From contig CAWGPD010000002.1 in assembly GCA_963824385.1 (NCBI GenBank), positions 32,001 through 96,000 on the forward strand: DNA of 64,000 nt, in the 5' to 3' direction. Shown in pieces: positions 33,055 through 42,748 of the stretch. Origin of the DNA: an uncultured Nitrososphaerota archaeon. Lineage in GTDB: Archaea > Thermoproteota > Nitrososphaeria > Nitrososphaerales > Nitrosopumilaceae. Numbering within the stretch: position 1 is the stretch's first letter; every line of letters begins with the position of its first letter. The position numbers and the translations under genes are program-made. Under the pieces are notes generated by a model. It ran no database searches. It had not been told where the DNA came from and was given only the letters and a program-made list of their open reading frames with translations.

Positions 33055-33735
33055 TTAATGCTCCCTTGAGAATTTAACAAGCTCAGTTCCATCAAAATAT
33101 GGTATTGCATTATCTGTAGAATACTGTTTGGCTTTTTCAGTAGATAGCGCATTATATGTTTGAGAATCCAACATTTCACAAATTGCTGCCACGGGTGTGA
33201 GTCCTGCAAGTTTCATTAAATAAATTGACATCTCAGTATGTCCAAGTCTATTTGATAATAACCCTTCTGAGGCAATAAGCATTGGAACATGACCAGGTGT
33301 CTTAAAGGTAGAAGTGAATGATTCTTTCTTCTTATTATTTTCAAGGTTGTATAATCTTGCCACTTCAGAAATTGTTAATGCTCTATCTTTATCAGTTATT
33401 CCAGTAAATGTATTTTTATGATTAATCGAGATTGAAAAAGAAGGTCTGTCTCCATATGGAGCAGTACCAATGATCATTTTTTTTGAATCTGAATCAAATT
33501 TTTGAGAATTAAATAGAATTTCATGCATATAGTCAAGACCTAAACTAGTTGCAAATTCATGATTTATTGACATACAGATTAGTCCTCCAGCATCATTGCG
33601 CATACGTGCTACATGCTCAGGAGTTACAAATTCTGCTGCAATTACCATATCTACTTCATTTTCACGTTTACCCCCATCATGTAGTAAAATAAAATCACCT
33701 CGTCTCAGAGATGTAATAGCTTCTTCTAAGGACAT
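33055..33735 (-). CDS. ribB: 3,4-dihydroxy-2-butanone-4-phosphate synthase
   Basis: RENEVD, TGITDKDR, PGHV, RLGHTE, ICEML. Confidence 0.95.
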   Translation of the reverse strand: MSLEEAITSLRRGDFILLHDGGKRENEVDMVIAAEFVTPEHVARMRNDAGGLICMSINHEFATSLGLDYMHEILFNSQKFDSDSKKMIIGTAPYGDRPSFSISINHKNTFTGITDKDRALTISEVARLYNLENNKKKESFTSTFKTPGHVPMLIASEGLLSNRLGHTEMSIYLMKLAGLTPVAAICEMLDSQTYNALSTEKAKQYSTDNAIPYFDGTELVKFSREH

Positions 33736-33768
33736 ACATGATCAGCTTTTCATTATTGTTATAAACTT

Positions 33769-33802
33769 TACTAGAAAATTGGTAATTACCAAAATAGTGG
33801 TA
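33769..33802. promoter_or_regulatory. Tandem TACYA-N6-TGGTA inverted repeats upstream of ribB (candidate RbkR operators)
   Basis: TACTA-GAAAAT-TGGTA at 33769-33784 and TACCA-AAATAG-TGGTA at 33787-33802, just upstream of the minus-strand TATA. Confidence 0.55.
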
Positions 33803-33807
33803 AGTAA

Positions 33808-34398
33808 CTAGTCATTAGATAAAATATATTTTCCAAGTATGTCAGTTTCAATATTAACTTTATCTCCAACTTTTTTGTAACTTAGATTAGTTACTTTCAT
33901 GGTATGCGGTATTATTGAAACAGAGAATTGATCTTTGAGTACATCAACAACTGTCAGACTAATACCATCAACTGTAACAGAACCTTTTTTGATAATGTAT
34001 TTTGATAATTCTTTTGGAACTTTTGTCCATATTTTTATTTGATTTGGTTGTTTGTCCATTTTAGAAATTACGCCCACACCATCAACATGTCCCAATACAA
34101 AGTGTCCCTCAAGTCGTTCACCAACTTTAAGACTTCTTTCAATATTGACTTTATTACCACTTTGTAGGGTTCCAAGATTAGTTTTTTGTATTGTTTCACC
34201 AATCATTTCAAATTCTGCAATATCTTTTGAAATATTTATCGCGGTAAGACATACACCATTTATTGCTACACTGTCTCCGATTTTGAGTCCTTTTGCAATT
34301 TTACCTAGTTTTATTTTCATTTTTGCAGCACTACGATTACTTGTTTTTTTATCAAATCGTATGATATTGCCCAAGCCTTCAATTATTCCAGTAAACAT
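33808..34398 (-). CDS. ribE: Riboflavin synthase, bacterial-type alpha chain
   Basis: MFTGII, SVAINGVCLT, GHFVLGHVDG, GISLTV, VNIETD. Confidence 0.95.
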   Translation of the reverse strand: MFTGIIEGLGNIIRFDKKTSNRSAAKMKIKLGKIAKGLKIGDSVAINGVCLTAINISKDIAEFEMIGETIQKTNLGTLQSGNKVNIERSLKVGERLEGHFVLGHVDGVGVISKMDKQPNQIKIWTKVPKELSKYIIKKGSVTVDGISLTVVDVLKDQFSVSIIPHTMKVTNLSYKKVGDKVNIETDILGKYILSND

Positions 34399-34496
34399 GA
34401 TTAATGAATTCTTATTTGTATCTAGATGATTTATGTTTATCAAATAATAGTTATATCTTCAACTAGGCCATATATTCAACTTTCTTGTTATATTGA

Positions 34497-35354
34497 TTAT
34501 TTTTTTACTGAATTTGATAGAGTTATGGCTCTCTTGTAATGTACTTCATCAATCATTTTTCCGTCAACTGTTGTAGCCCCTTTTTTATTTTTTTTGGCTA
34601 AATCATATGCATTGATAACTTTTTTTGCCCATTCTATTTCTGAGTGAGTTGGATAGAATACTTTATGAACAATATCGATTTGATTTGGATGAATAATGCT
34701 TTTGCCTACATAACCCAAGTTTTTGGCTGTGATTGAATCATGTTCTAATCCTGCAGTATCATCAATGTCTTGCCAGATTGCATCAATTGCATATTTTCCC
34801 GCAGCCTTTGCATCTACTGGAATTTTTGTTTTGGAATATACAGCTCCTTCTGGATTCTTGACATACTCCACACCTAGATCATTTAACAAATCAAACACTC
34901 CAAAAACCAATGCAGAGACTCTTTTACTGGATGAAGCTATGGCATAAGAGTTTACAACTCCTTTAGTAGATTCTATTGATGCAATGATCTCAATAGGTTT
35001 TAGTTTACGTTTTTTTTCCAATCCAATCATGGTTTTTTCAATTTTTTTTATATCACTTGCAGTGTCTACTTTTGGAATAACAATACCATCAACACCTTTT
35101 TGAATAATTTCTTTTAGATCATCAGGTATTAGTCCAGATATTGGAGAATTTGTTCTTACATAGATTTCGGAATAATACTCTGACCTATTTTGTAGTGCAT
35201 TTTTAATCAAATTTCTTGCTGCTTTTTTTTCTTCAAGGGGTACAGAATCTTCTAGATCAAAACAAATAATGTCAGCACGTAGTGATTTTGCTTTTTCTAA
35301 AAAGCGGCTATTATTACCTGGAACAAATAAGAGACTACGAAGGAGTCTTGCCAT
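34497..35354 (-). CDS. CitE/HpcH-HpaI family CoA-ester lyase
   Basis: RSLLFVPG, DLEDSV, IPKV, GKSIIHPNQ, GKMID. Confidence 0.88.
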   Translation of the reverse strand: MARLLRSLLFVPGNNSRFLEKAKSLRADIICFDLEDSVPLEEKKAARNLIKNALQNRSEYYSEIYVRTNSPISGLIPDDLKEIIQKGVDGIVIPKVDTASDIKKIEKTMIGLEKKRKLKPIEIIASIESTKGVVNSYAIASSSKRVSALVFGVFDLLNDLGVEYVKNPEGAVYSKTKIPVDAKAAGKYAIDAIWQDIDDTAGLEHDSITAKNLGYVGKSIIHPNQIDIVHKVFYPTHSEIEWAKKVINAYDLAKKNKKGATTVDGKMIDEVHYKRAITLSNSVKK

Positions 35355-35367
35355 AAATAAAAACTAT

Positions 35368-36417
35368 TTATGGTTTGAGTAGGATTTTGCCGACTAACCC
35401 TTTTCCAGTAAGCATTTTTGTATGTGCTTCTGCGGCATTTTCAAAGCTATATTCGGAATCTATTATAGCTTTAATTTTCTTTTTACCCATCCAGTATAAT
35501 CCTTGTTCTAATTCTGCTTTTGTTCCCTGTGTTGATCCTAAGATGTTTGTTCCTTTGAAGAATATGTGTCTCAAGTCTGTTTTTGCATCATATCCAGTTG
35601 TTGCTCCACATGATACCAAAGTTCCACCGTACTTTAGTAAAGTGAGTTGGTCATTCCAGTGAGTTTGACCTATATGATCAAATGATATGTCTATGCCACC
35701 TAACGGTTTTGCAATTTGTCTTACTTCTTTACTCCAATCTGGTTTTCTATGATCAACAGCAAAATCTGCTCCAAGTTCTTTTAGTTTGTCTAGTTTATCT
35801 GGACTTCCTGTAGCGATAACATTACAATTATACAGTTTTGCAATCTGGATTCCAAAGCTTCCTACACCAGAACCTCCTCCCATGATAAGGACTGTTTGGC
35901 CAGGATGAATTTTTGCTCTTCCTACTAACATGTGCCATGAAGTAAGTAATGTCATAGAAGCTGCTGCAGCTTCATCAAAGCTTACACCTTCTGGAATTTT
36001 TGCAACATTAACTTCAGGTAAGTGAGTAAATTCAGAGAATGCACCCCACAATGGTCCTGTTTGGAATCCCCAGATTGTTCTCTTTAGACAATCAAATTCT
36101 CTTCCATCAGTACATGCTTCACAAACTCTGCATGACATATTTGAATGTGAAACAACTCGGTCACCAACTTTGAAGTTTGTAACATCTTCTCCTACTGCAG
36201 TAACTTCACCTGCTGCATCAGAACCAGAAATATGTGGTAGTGGAACTGGAACTGGTTGTCCACGCATTCCCCAAATATCATTATAGTTTAAGGCGGCTGC
36301 CTTTACACGGAAAACAACTTCGTTTGGCTTTGGTTTTGGATCAGGTACTTCTTTTACACTTAGAATTGATTTGTAATCATCATTTGGAGCATATTTGTCA
36401 TAAACAACTGCTTTCAT
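35368..36417 (-). CDS. Zn-binding medium-chain dehydrogenase/reductase (possible acyl-CoA reductase)
   Basis: ISGSDAAG, structural-Zn CRVCEAC...C, GGGSGVG. Confidence 0.85.
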   Translation of the reverse strand: MKAVVYDKYAPNDDYKSILSVKEVPDPKPKPNEVVFRVKAAALNYNDIWGMRGQPVPVPLPHISGSDAAGEVTAVGEDVTNFKVGDRVVSHSNMSCRVCEACTDGREFDCLKRTIWGFQTGPLWGAFSEFTHLPEVNVAKIPEGVSFDEAAAASMTLLTSWHMLVGRAKIHPGQTVLIMGGGSGVGSFGIQIAKLYNCNVIATGSPDKLDKLKELGADFAVDHRKPDWSKEVRQIAKPLGGIDISFDHIGQTHWNDQLTLLKYGGTLVSCGATTGYDAKTDLRHIFFKGTNILGSTQGTKAELEQGLYWMGKKKIKAIIDSEYSFENAAEAHTKMLTGKGLVGKILLKP

Positions 36418-36460
36418 ATTTGTAACCGTTCTATTTACCCCTAATATATTTTCCCTAGAA

Positions 36461-36739
36461 CTACTTGCGGTTAATCTTGAAATCTCGCTTTGGTTGTTGA
36501 ATAGACAGTAAAATTTGCTTTAATTGATCGTCTGAGATTTGTGAATTTAGTCTTCCCTGAGATGCCAATCCTAAGAGATAATTTTCAACCATTGCTGCAA
36601 GTTCCGGTTTAACCATTCTGACATTATTTAGTCTCATTCTTGCTTCAGCAGTTAGGAGAGTTTTTAGTGCATTATCCTTCATGGTAGAAACTTCTGCATC
36701 GCTTGGATTTCGTTCATCATTTGGGTTATGAGAGCTCAT
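36461..36739 (-). CDS. PDCD5-family DNA-binding protein
   Basis: LTAEARMRLNNVRMVKPELA..VE, ISDDQLKQIL. Confidence 0.9.
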   Translation of the reverse strand: MSSHNPNDERNPSDAEVSTMKDNALKTLLTAEARMRLNNVRMVKPELAAMVENYLLGLASQGRLNSQISDDQLKQILLSIQQPKRDFKINRK

Positions 36740-36746
36740 AATACAA

Positions 36747-37199
36747 CTAGGAATATTTCTTTAGATTTGGATTTTTTGCAATTAATTCATTTAAGATCTC
36801 AGTTGATAGACGATCAAGTTTTTTCATACCCTCATGGGATATTGTTCTACCCTTTCCTTCAACTTTATCTAAATAACCTAATTTTTCTAAACTATGTATG
36901 GCTGTTCTAATTATTGAACCACCCGCATCTTTGTGATGTGCTCCTCCATAACCAACAGGTTTTGCACTTCCATACATTGATCTTAGATCATTTACTCCAA
37001 TAGGGCCGTGCAAGTAAATTTTTCTTAGAAGAGACGCACATCTTGTGTAATACCAATCGCTCTGTTGCGGAGGCTTTACTGCATGTGCACCAGTTTTAAC
37101 AAATGGAATCCAACTTGGTTGTACAATATCCTCATTTTTTAGAGTATCAGATAATTTACCAATCAACATATCTGCTGGTACATCATATGCCTTTGCCAT
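36747..37199 (-). CDS. rps19e: 30S ribosomal protein S19e
   Basis: YDVPAD, FVKTG, WYYTRCASLLRKIY, GGSIIR. Confidence 0.95.
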   Translation of the reverse strand: MAKAYDVPADMLIGKLSDTLKNEDIVQPSWIPFVKTGAHAVKPPQQSDWYYTRCASLLRKIYLHGPIGVNDLRSMYGSAKPVGYGGAHHKDAGGSIIRTAIHSLEKLGYLDKVEGKGRTISHEGMKKLDRLSTEILNELIAKNPNLKKYS

Positions 37200-37230
37200 A
37201 AAAACCAAAATTCAAAGTTCGTCTTATAAA

Positions 37231-37551
37231 TCATTGACCTATTGGAATTTGTTTTTTAATTATCTTTCTGTATGTATGATTACAAAAACCACAGGTAATA
37301 CGTATTGATTTGAGATTACTCCTTCCTATTCTCACCCTTGCTGAAAATCCGGGTACAATAAACTTCTTACATTTCTTACAAAAATGCATCCTCAACTCAT
37401 AGGGCATTCTAATCCTATATTTTGTACAAAGTCTCTTGGCAAGTGCTGCTTGTCTTTCTGCCAACTCTGGATTAGATCTTGCATAAGATATGGCATTTTT
37501 AATCAGAATTTGCATCCTTTCTATGAGAAGGTCTTTAATCGCAGGTTTCAT
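37231..37551 (-). CDS. rnp4: RNase P protein Rpp21
   Basis: ERMQIL, FCKKCKKFIVPG, ITCGFC. Confidence 0.9.
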   Translation of the reverse strand: MKPAIKDLLIERMQILIKNAISYARSNPELAERQAALAKRLCTKYRIRMPYELRMHFCKKCKKFIVPGFSARVRIGRSNLKSIRITCGFCNHTYRKIIKKQIPIGQ

Positions 37552-37585
37552 GTTGTTTAATAATTCCTACCCTTAAAATACAATC

Positions 37586-38254
37586 TTGCTCTCGCTGATA
37601 ATAGCAGAATCTGCATTAGAATTAGTACCTAAAGAACTACAGAGGCATAATTCAGTTATAGCATCGGCTAGAAGATTTAACAAAAAACCATCTGAAATTT
37701 TACTTGATATATCATGGCATTTTGCAGCAATGAAGGGAATCAAAAATGAGATAAAAAGAGGAAGGCCAGACCTTGTTCATTTTTCTTTACTTGAAGCTTG
37801 TAGTATTCCTCTTTATTTTGAAAACAAACTAGATATTTTTGTTCATACTATTGATGATAAGGTTATTTCTGTAGGTCAAAATGTTAGATTACCAAAGTCA
37901 TATCACAGATTCATAGGACTGGTTGAAAAATTATACGCTACTGGAAGAATTGAAGAAAACAACAATACACTTCTTGAAATACAGGAAATGAATTTTGGAG
38001 ATCTAATTAAAAAAATCAATCCAAAACAAACAATTGCACTTTCAAGTAAAGGTATCATAAGCTCTTATCAAAAAGTAGCAGAGGAATTGAATGATAATAC
38101 TTGTCTTGTTGTTGGAGGATTTTCAAAAGGTCAATTTTCTGATAAAAACAAAGATTATTTTAACAAAAAAGTATTAGTAGACAAAAATCCACTTGAAGCT
38201 CATATCATAATTTCACGTGTACTCTATGAATACGAAAAAAGAATTATTATGTAG
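37586..38254 (+). CDS. nep1: rRNA pseudouridine N1-methyltransferase Nep1
   Basis: ESALELVP, RGRPDLVH, RLPKSYHRF, VGGF. Confidence 0.9.
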   Translation: MLSLIIAESALELVPKELQRHNSVIASARRFNKKPSEILLDISWHFAAMKGIKNEIKRGRPDLVHFSLLEACSIPLYFENKLDIFVHTIDDKVISVGQNVRLPKSYHRFIGLVEKLYATGRIEENNNTLLEIQEMNFGDLIKKINPKQTIALSSKGIISSYQKVAEELNDNTCLVVGGFSKGQFSDKNKDYFNKKVLVDKNPLEAHIIISRVLYEYEKRIIM

Positions 38255-38274
38255 GTCTAAGATTGGCACAGTGA

Positions 38275-38348
38275 GCGGTCGTAGTATAGTTTGGTTAGTA
38301 CACTGGCCTTCCAAGCCCGTTACCCGGGTTCAAATCCCGGCGACCGCA
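38275..38348 (+). tRNA. tRNA-Gly (anticodon TCC), no intron
   Basis: GCGGTCG/CGACCGC acceptor stem, CT-TCC-AA loop, CCGGG-TTCAAAT-CCCGG T arm; one T.C mismatch in the anticodon stem. Confidence 0.93.
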
Positions 38349-38379
38349 TCTAATTTTTTTATTAAGAGATTATGACATT

Positions 38380-38586
38380 CTATGAATTATACAAGAAAGT
38401 ACGTGATAGTGATTTTTGAAAGGTCTGAATTATATCTGATGCATCTTTTTTTGTTGCATTAACTGCTTTAAACTGAACAAGTACCTGAGTAATACTATAC
38501 TTTTCTTCTTTAATTGGAGGTTCGAATAACGCAAATGTATCCGCTTCCTTGGTTTTAATAGTAAAAAACTGTCTCACATACTTCAA
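38380..38586 (-). CDS. Possible small hypothetical protein
   Basis: 68-aa ORF filling the intergenic gap; no recognisable motif. Confidence 0.35.
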   Translation of the reverse strand: MKYVRQFFTIKTKEADTFALFEPPIKEEKYSITQVLVQFKAVNATKKDASDIIQTFQKSLSRTFLYNS

Positions 38587-38613
38587 TAAATGAAAGTTTG
38601 CCTAATTCTACAA

Positions 38614-39745
38614 TTAGGAGTTAGGAATAGATTGTACTTGTTTGTTAAATTCATCCCATGCAGGTTTTGGATTTTTATCTACATCAATCAAACCAGAACC
38701 ACATAGATACGCAGCAGTATTATTCATGACTATATCATTGGCAAACATAGTATCAGTAGCTTTGTTTAATGAATTATAGCATGTATCAAATGGTCTATCA
38801 TATTGTCTATACCAAGTTAGAAACTCAAAATCAGATTGGTTTTTCTTGTAAAAATCAAATACAGTATCTACAAATTTTTGTTGGTCTTCTACTGTACCAT
38901 TAATTGATTTGTCAGTACTCCAACCAACTTCCATTAATGCTATTTTCTTTCCATTTGCATAATCAATCATCTTTTGTAGATTAGCTCCTTCATTTTCTGT
39001 GCTATTACCTTCATAGTATGTCATGTCAACTGGAGCATAAGAATATGCTACAAAGTCACCTTGGTTTAGCTTCCCTACCATATCTCCTTCATAGTGATTT
39101 GCATACATCATTTAATGAAAACCAATTTCCAAATTTGACGTCAGGGTGTTTTACTTTTAATTTACTATATACACCATTGAAGAAATCTACGTATTGTGGA
39201 ATCTCATCTGGATGTTGTCTAAAGTAACTATCAATATTTCCACCAATTATCACATAATCTACTATGTAATACCTTGAAAGCATGGCATCAAGAATGGCTA
39301 CTGTATGATCTTGGAGTTTTTGATCAAGTTGTGGTTTTCCCATCCAATCTGGAAATGGTCCAAAGTCTAGATTATTTATTACTGAAAAGTAAAGTGTAAC
39401 ATTGAGGTGTTGTTCACGATTCAACCCCATCAAGATATCGGAATAACTCCAGTTGTAATTTCCTTGTGTGGGTTCCATCAAAGGCCAAGAAAGATAGACA
39501 TTGCTTCTTCCTATTCCTGTTGATGCTGCCTGAGCATATGCATCCTTGACTTCTTGAAGAGTTGATTTTTGGGTAGGAGGTATAATTACAAGGCCAAGTT
39601 TTATGTTATGAGGAATATTTGCAGTTTGAGTTTGCGATATATTCTGAGGCATAGTTTGAGGTTGCAATTGTGGTATCAATATCAGAAAAACTGCTGCAAT
39701 AGTTACTGCATCTCCAATACCAACACCAATAATTTTCTTATTCAA
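38614..39745 (-). CDS. Membrane-anchored glycoside-hydrolase-like TIM-barrel protein (apparent frameshift at ~39100)
   Basis: N-terminal TM; WPLMEPTQGNYNW, AYSYAP, IALMEVGWST, GLIDVDKNPKPAW resemble clan GH-A. Confidence 0.7.
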
Positions 39746-39800
39746 TAATACTTTTAGAAATCTAAGATACTAAAAGAGTTTTGATTTAGATAAGAATATT

Positions 39801-42459
39801 CTAGCCGGATGTACAACCGCTGTATCCACATTCAATGCATACACTGCATCCCTCTGCAAATACCAAGTTGTTTTTACATGTAGGACAGAGTCTCTCTTCC
39901 ATTTGTTCTGGTGTAAGTGTTGGCGTTGGAGCAGATACTACATTATCTGGAATTTTTATCTGAAGTGCTCGTTCTATCTCAGTTTTTAGATATGCATTTG
40001 TGACATTCTTTGAGATATAGTCTGTAACAAATGGACTTGGAGTAACTTGGAAATTCTTTTGGACATCCTTTCCAGTCATGTGTAATACTTGTTCATGTCT
40101 TGAACCATCTCTAAAGACAGTAATTCCTTTTAGACCGAGGTCATGTGCTAATAGATATGCGGCTTTAACATCATCAGATGAAACGTCGCTTGGCATATTG
40201 ATTGTCTTTGCAATTGCATTACCTATCCATTTTTGCCATACTCCCTGAGCCATTAGATGGTCTGCCCAGTGAATGTCCATTGCTGTAACAAATATCTTCT
40301 GCATCCATTCTGGGATCTCAGCGATTCCTTTTACAGAACCGTAGTTATTTGCAATCTTCTCCAGAATTTGCTCGCTGTATAGTCCATGCTCCTTGAGTAC
40401 TGCTTCAAATATTTTATTTGTATAGAAGAATCTGCCTACTGTTACTCTCTTTTCAAAGACCAGGGCAAACATTGGTTCCATTCCATTTGAGCAATCAGTG
40501 TATCATTGATAGTGTACCAGTAGGAGCAACTGTAGTTGTTAGAACATTTCTAATGCCATGTTTCTGAATCTTGGCAATCAAAGCATCCCAATCATAAGTA
40601 CGAGCACTTTTTGGTTTCTCATAATATCCAGCAATAGGAATCTTAGCTTCTGGATATTCTGTTTTTGAGCACAGTGGAAATGATCCTCGTGTCTTTGCAA
40701 GTGCAATACTTTCTTCCATTGAATAATATGTTAATGCCTCAGCAAGTTTCTCTTGGAATTCGTATCCTTCTTGGGAATTGTATGGAATTCTTAATTTGAA
40801 TAAGAGATCAGCAACTCCCATTACTCCAAGTCCGATTCTTCGAGAATCTTTAGATGCCTTGTCAATTTCCGGAATTGGATATGTATTAACATCAATTACA
40901 TTATCAAGGAATCTTGTTGTTTTTCTTATTGTTTCTTCATATCGTTGCCAGTCAAATTCGTATTGACCATCTGCTTTTCTCTTGACATAGTTAGATAGAT
41001 TGATGGAACCAAGATTACATGATTCGTATGGATAGAGACTTTGTTCACCACATGGGTTGGTAGCTCTAATTGGTCCACCTCTTGCTTTTGCAAATACATT
41101 GTATTTGTTAATAATATCAAAGAAGATTAGTCCTGGTTCGCCACTCTTCCATGCAGAAAGTGCAATCAAGTCAATCAGATTATGTGCATTTATTTCTCTT
41201 ACAGGAGTTCTCTCTTTTGGACTTCGAAGGACAAATTTTCCATCCGCTGAATTAATTAGTGCTTCCCAAAAGTCTTCCCAAATTCCTACACTTACATTAA
41301 AGTTTTCTAAAACTCCTGGTTTTGTTTTTGCAGTGATAAATTTCTCAACGTCTGGGTGCCATGCCTCAATGATTCCCATGTTTGCACCTCTTCTTTTTCC
41401 ACCTTGTTTTACTACTTCAGTAACAGTATTGATGATACTCATAAAGGAGACAGGACCTGAAGTTACTCCAGATGTTGAGGCCACCATATCTCCTTCTTGT
41501 CTTAAATCTGAATAGTTGATACCAACTCCTCCACCTGACTTGAAGATCAATGCAGCGTCAGAAGACGATTTCATTATTCTTTCCATGTCATCTTCCATTG
41601 CTAGGACAAAACACGCAGAAAGTTGTCCTAATCTTGCACCAGCATTCATCATAGTTGGTGAATTTGGTAGAAAGTCCTGAGCAATCATTAGATCAGTATA
41701 TTCCTGAATTCTTTCAGCATATTGTTCAAACTTATTTGCAGCCAACATAGTCAACAGTTCACGGAAGCTGACTTTCATCTGGCCGTATTTTTCTAAATCA
41801 ATATAGTGATTTATCAATGATCTAAAGTGATACTTGTTTAGATAGTATTTTCCTACTTTGAATTTATAGTCAAAGTCATCAAGTTTTTCTAGATACTTTG
41901 CTGCCTCTTCAATACTATGAGTATAGCCACCTTCAATTTGAAATACAGATGGATCTCTTATGATATCCGCAATGCCTACAAGAATTGCAACTCTTTCAAA
42001 CATTTCACCTGGACTTTCAGTTATCTGACCTTTGTTATTTCTAAGTAAATATCGGGATGCTAAAACTCGTAAGCAATTAAGATCGAATTTTTTTGCTACA
42101 CTATCAAGAGCCTTTGATTCTAGAACCTTCATTTTTTCTTCTCTAAGTCGTCTTCGTTCATGTCTATACAGGATGTACGCCTTTGCAATCTCTCCTAGTC
42201 CTTCCTCAATCAGAGTAGACTCTACCATATCTTGGACATCTTCTACGCTTGGTGCTTCTGAACCAGAAAATCCACGGTTGACAAGTTTTGTAAGAACATG
42301 ATTTGCAAGCTTGTCTGCTAGTCCATGATCTGATCTTCCGCAAGCTACGAGTGCTTTGTATATCGCGCTTGAAATTTTATCTCTTTGGAAATCTGATACT
42401 CGACCATCGCGTTTCTTTACTTGAAGGATCGAATTCTCTATTTGTGAAAAATCTGTCAA
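39801..42459 (-). CDS. nrdJ: Class II (adenosylcobalamin-dependent) ribonucleotide reductase with ATP-cone (apparent frameshift at ~40499)
   Basis: VKKRDG cone, PNSPTMMNAG, LSACFV, TNPCGEQ, CNLGSINL, VAPTGT, C-terminal CxxC..CxxC. Confidence 0.95.
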
Positions 42460-42462
42460 CTT

Positions 42463-42490
42463 ACTCCCCGTACCCCTATCAAATGGGAGT
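42463..42490. promoter_or_regulatory. ACTCCC-N16-GGGAGT inverted repeat between the putative nrdJ TATA box and start codon
   Basis: Arms at 42463-42468 and 42485-42490; minus-strand TTTATTTAA abuts the upstream arm. Confidence 0.4.
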
Positions 42491-42748
42491 TAAATAAACA
42501 CTGCGGCAAAAAATAATTTTCTAAAGCTAAACTTTGGATCAATTTTGTTGACACCATTACGATTTTCATAGTATGAGATCACTTGAAGAATTACACATAA
42601 AAATTTAATCTACGCCTGAGATCAAATTTTCAGTTTAGCCCTTGGATCACAAATAACAGTTCGAAGAATTATTCATTAAAAATTCAAATAAAAGTTTAGT
42701 TTGATTGAAAAATTTTAATCTGATTATCAGTATTTCCTAAGGTGAGAG

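Noticed and set aside
38300..38320. T.C mismatch in the tRNA-Gly anticodon stem as an editing site
   Set aside because: A single mismatch in an error-prone assembly cannot be interpreted
38275..39745. Integrated element at tRNA-Gly
   Set aside because: No integrase, and I saw no duplicated tRNA 3' end in the window
4009..42459. Mass pseudogenisation or programmed frameshifting of guaB, thermosome, ade, cobS, ubiD, hflX and nrdJ
   Set aside because: Core genes with intact motifs and no in-frame stops after repair; breaks cluster at AGCT without slippery heptamers, so sequencing error is more likely
42460..42748. Cobalamin riboswitch upstream of nrdJ
   Set aside because: No B12-box or other conserved riboswitch elements recognisable; AT-rich
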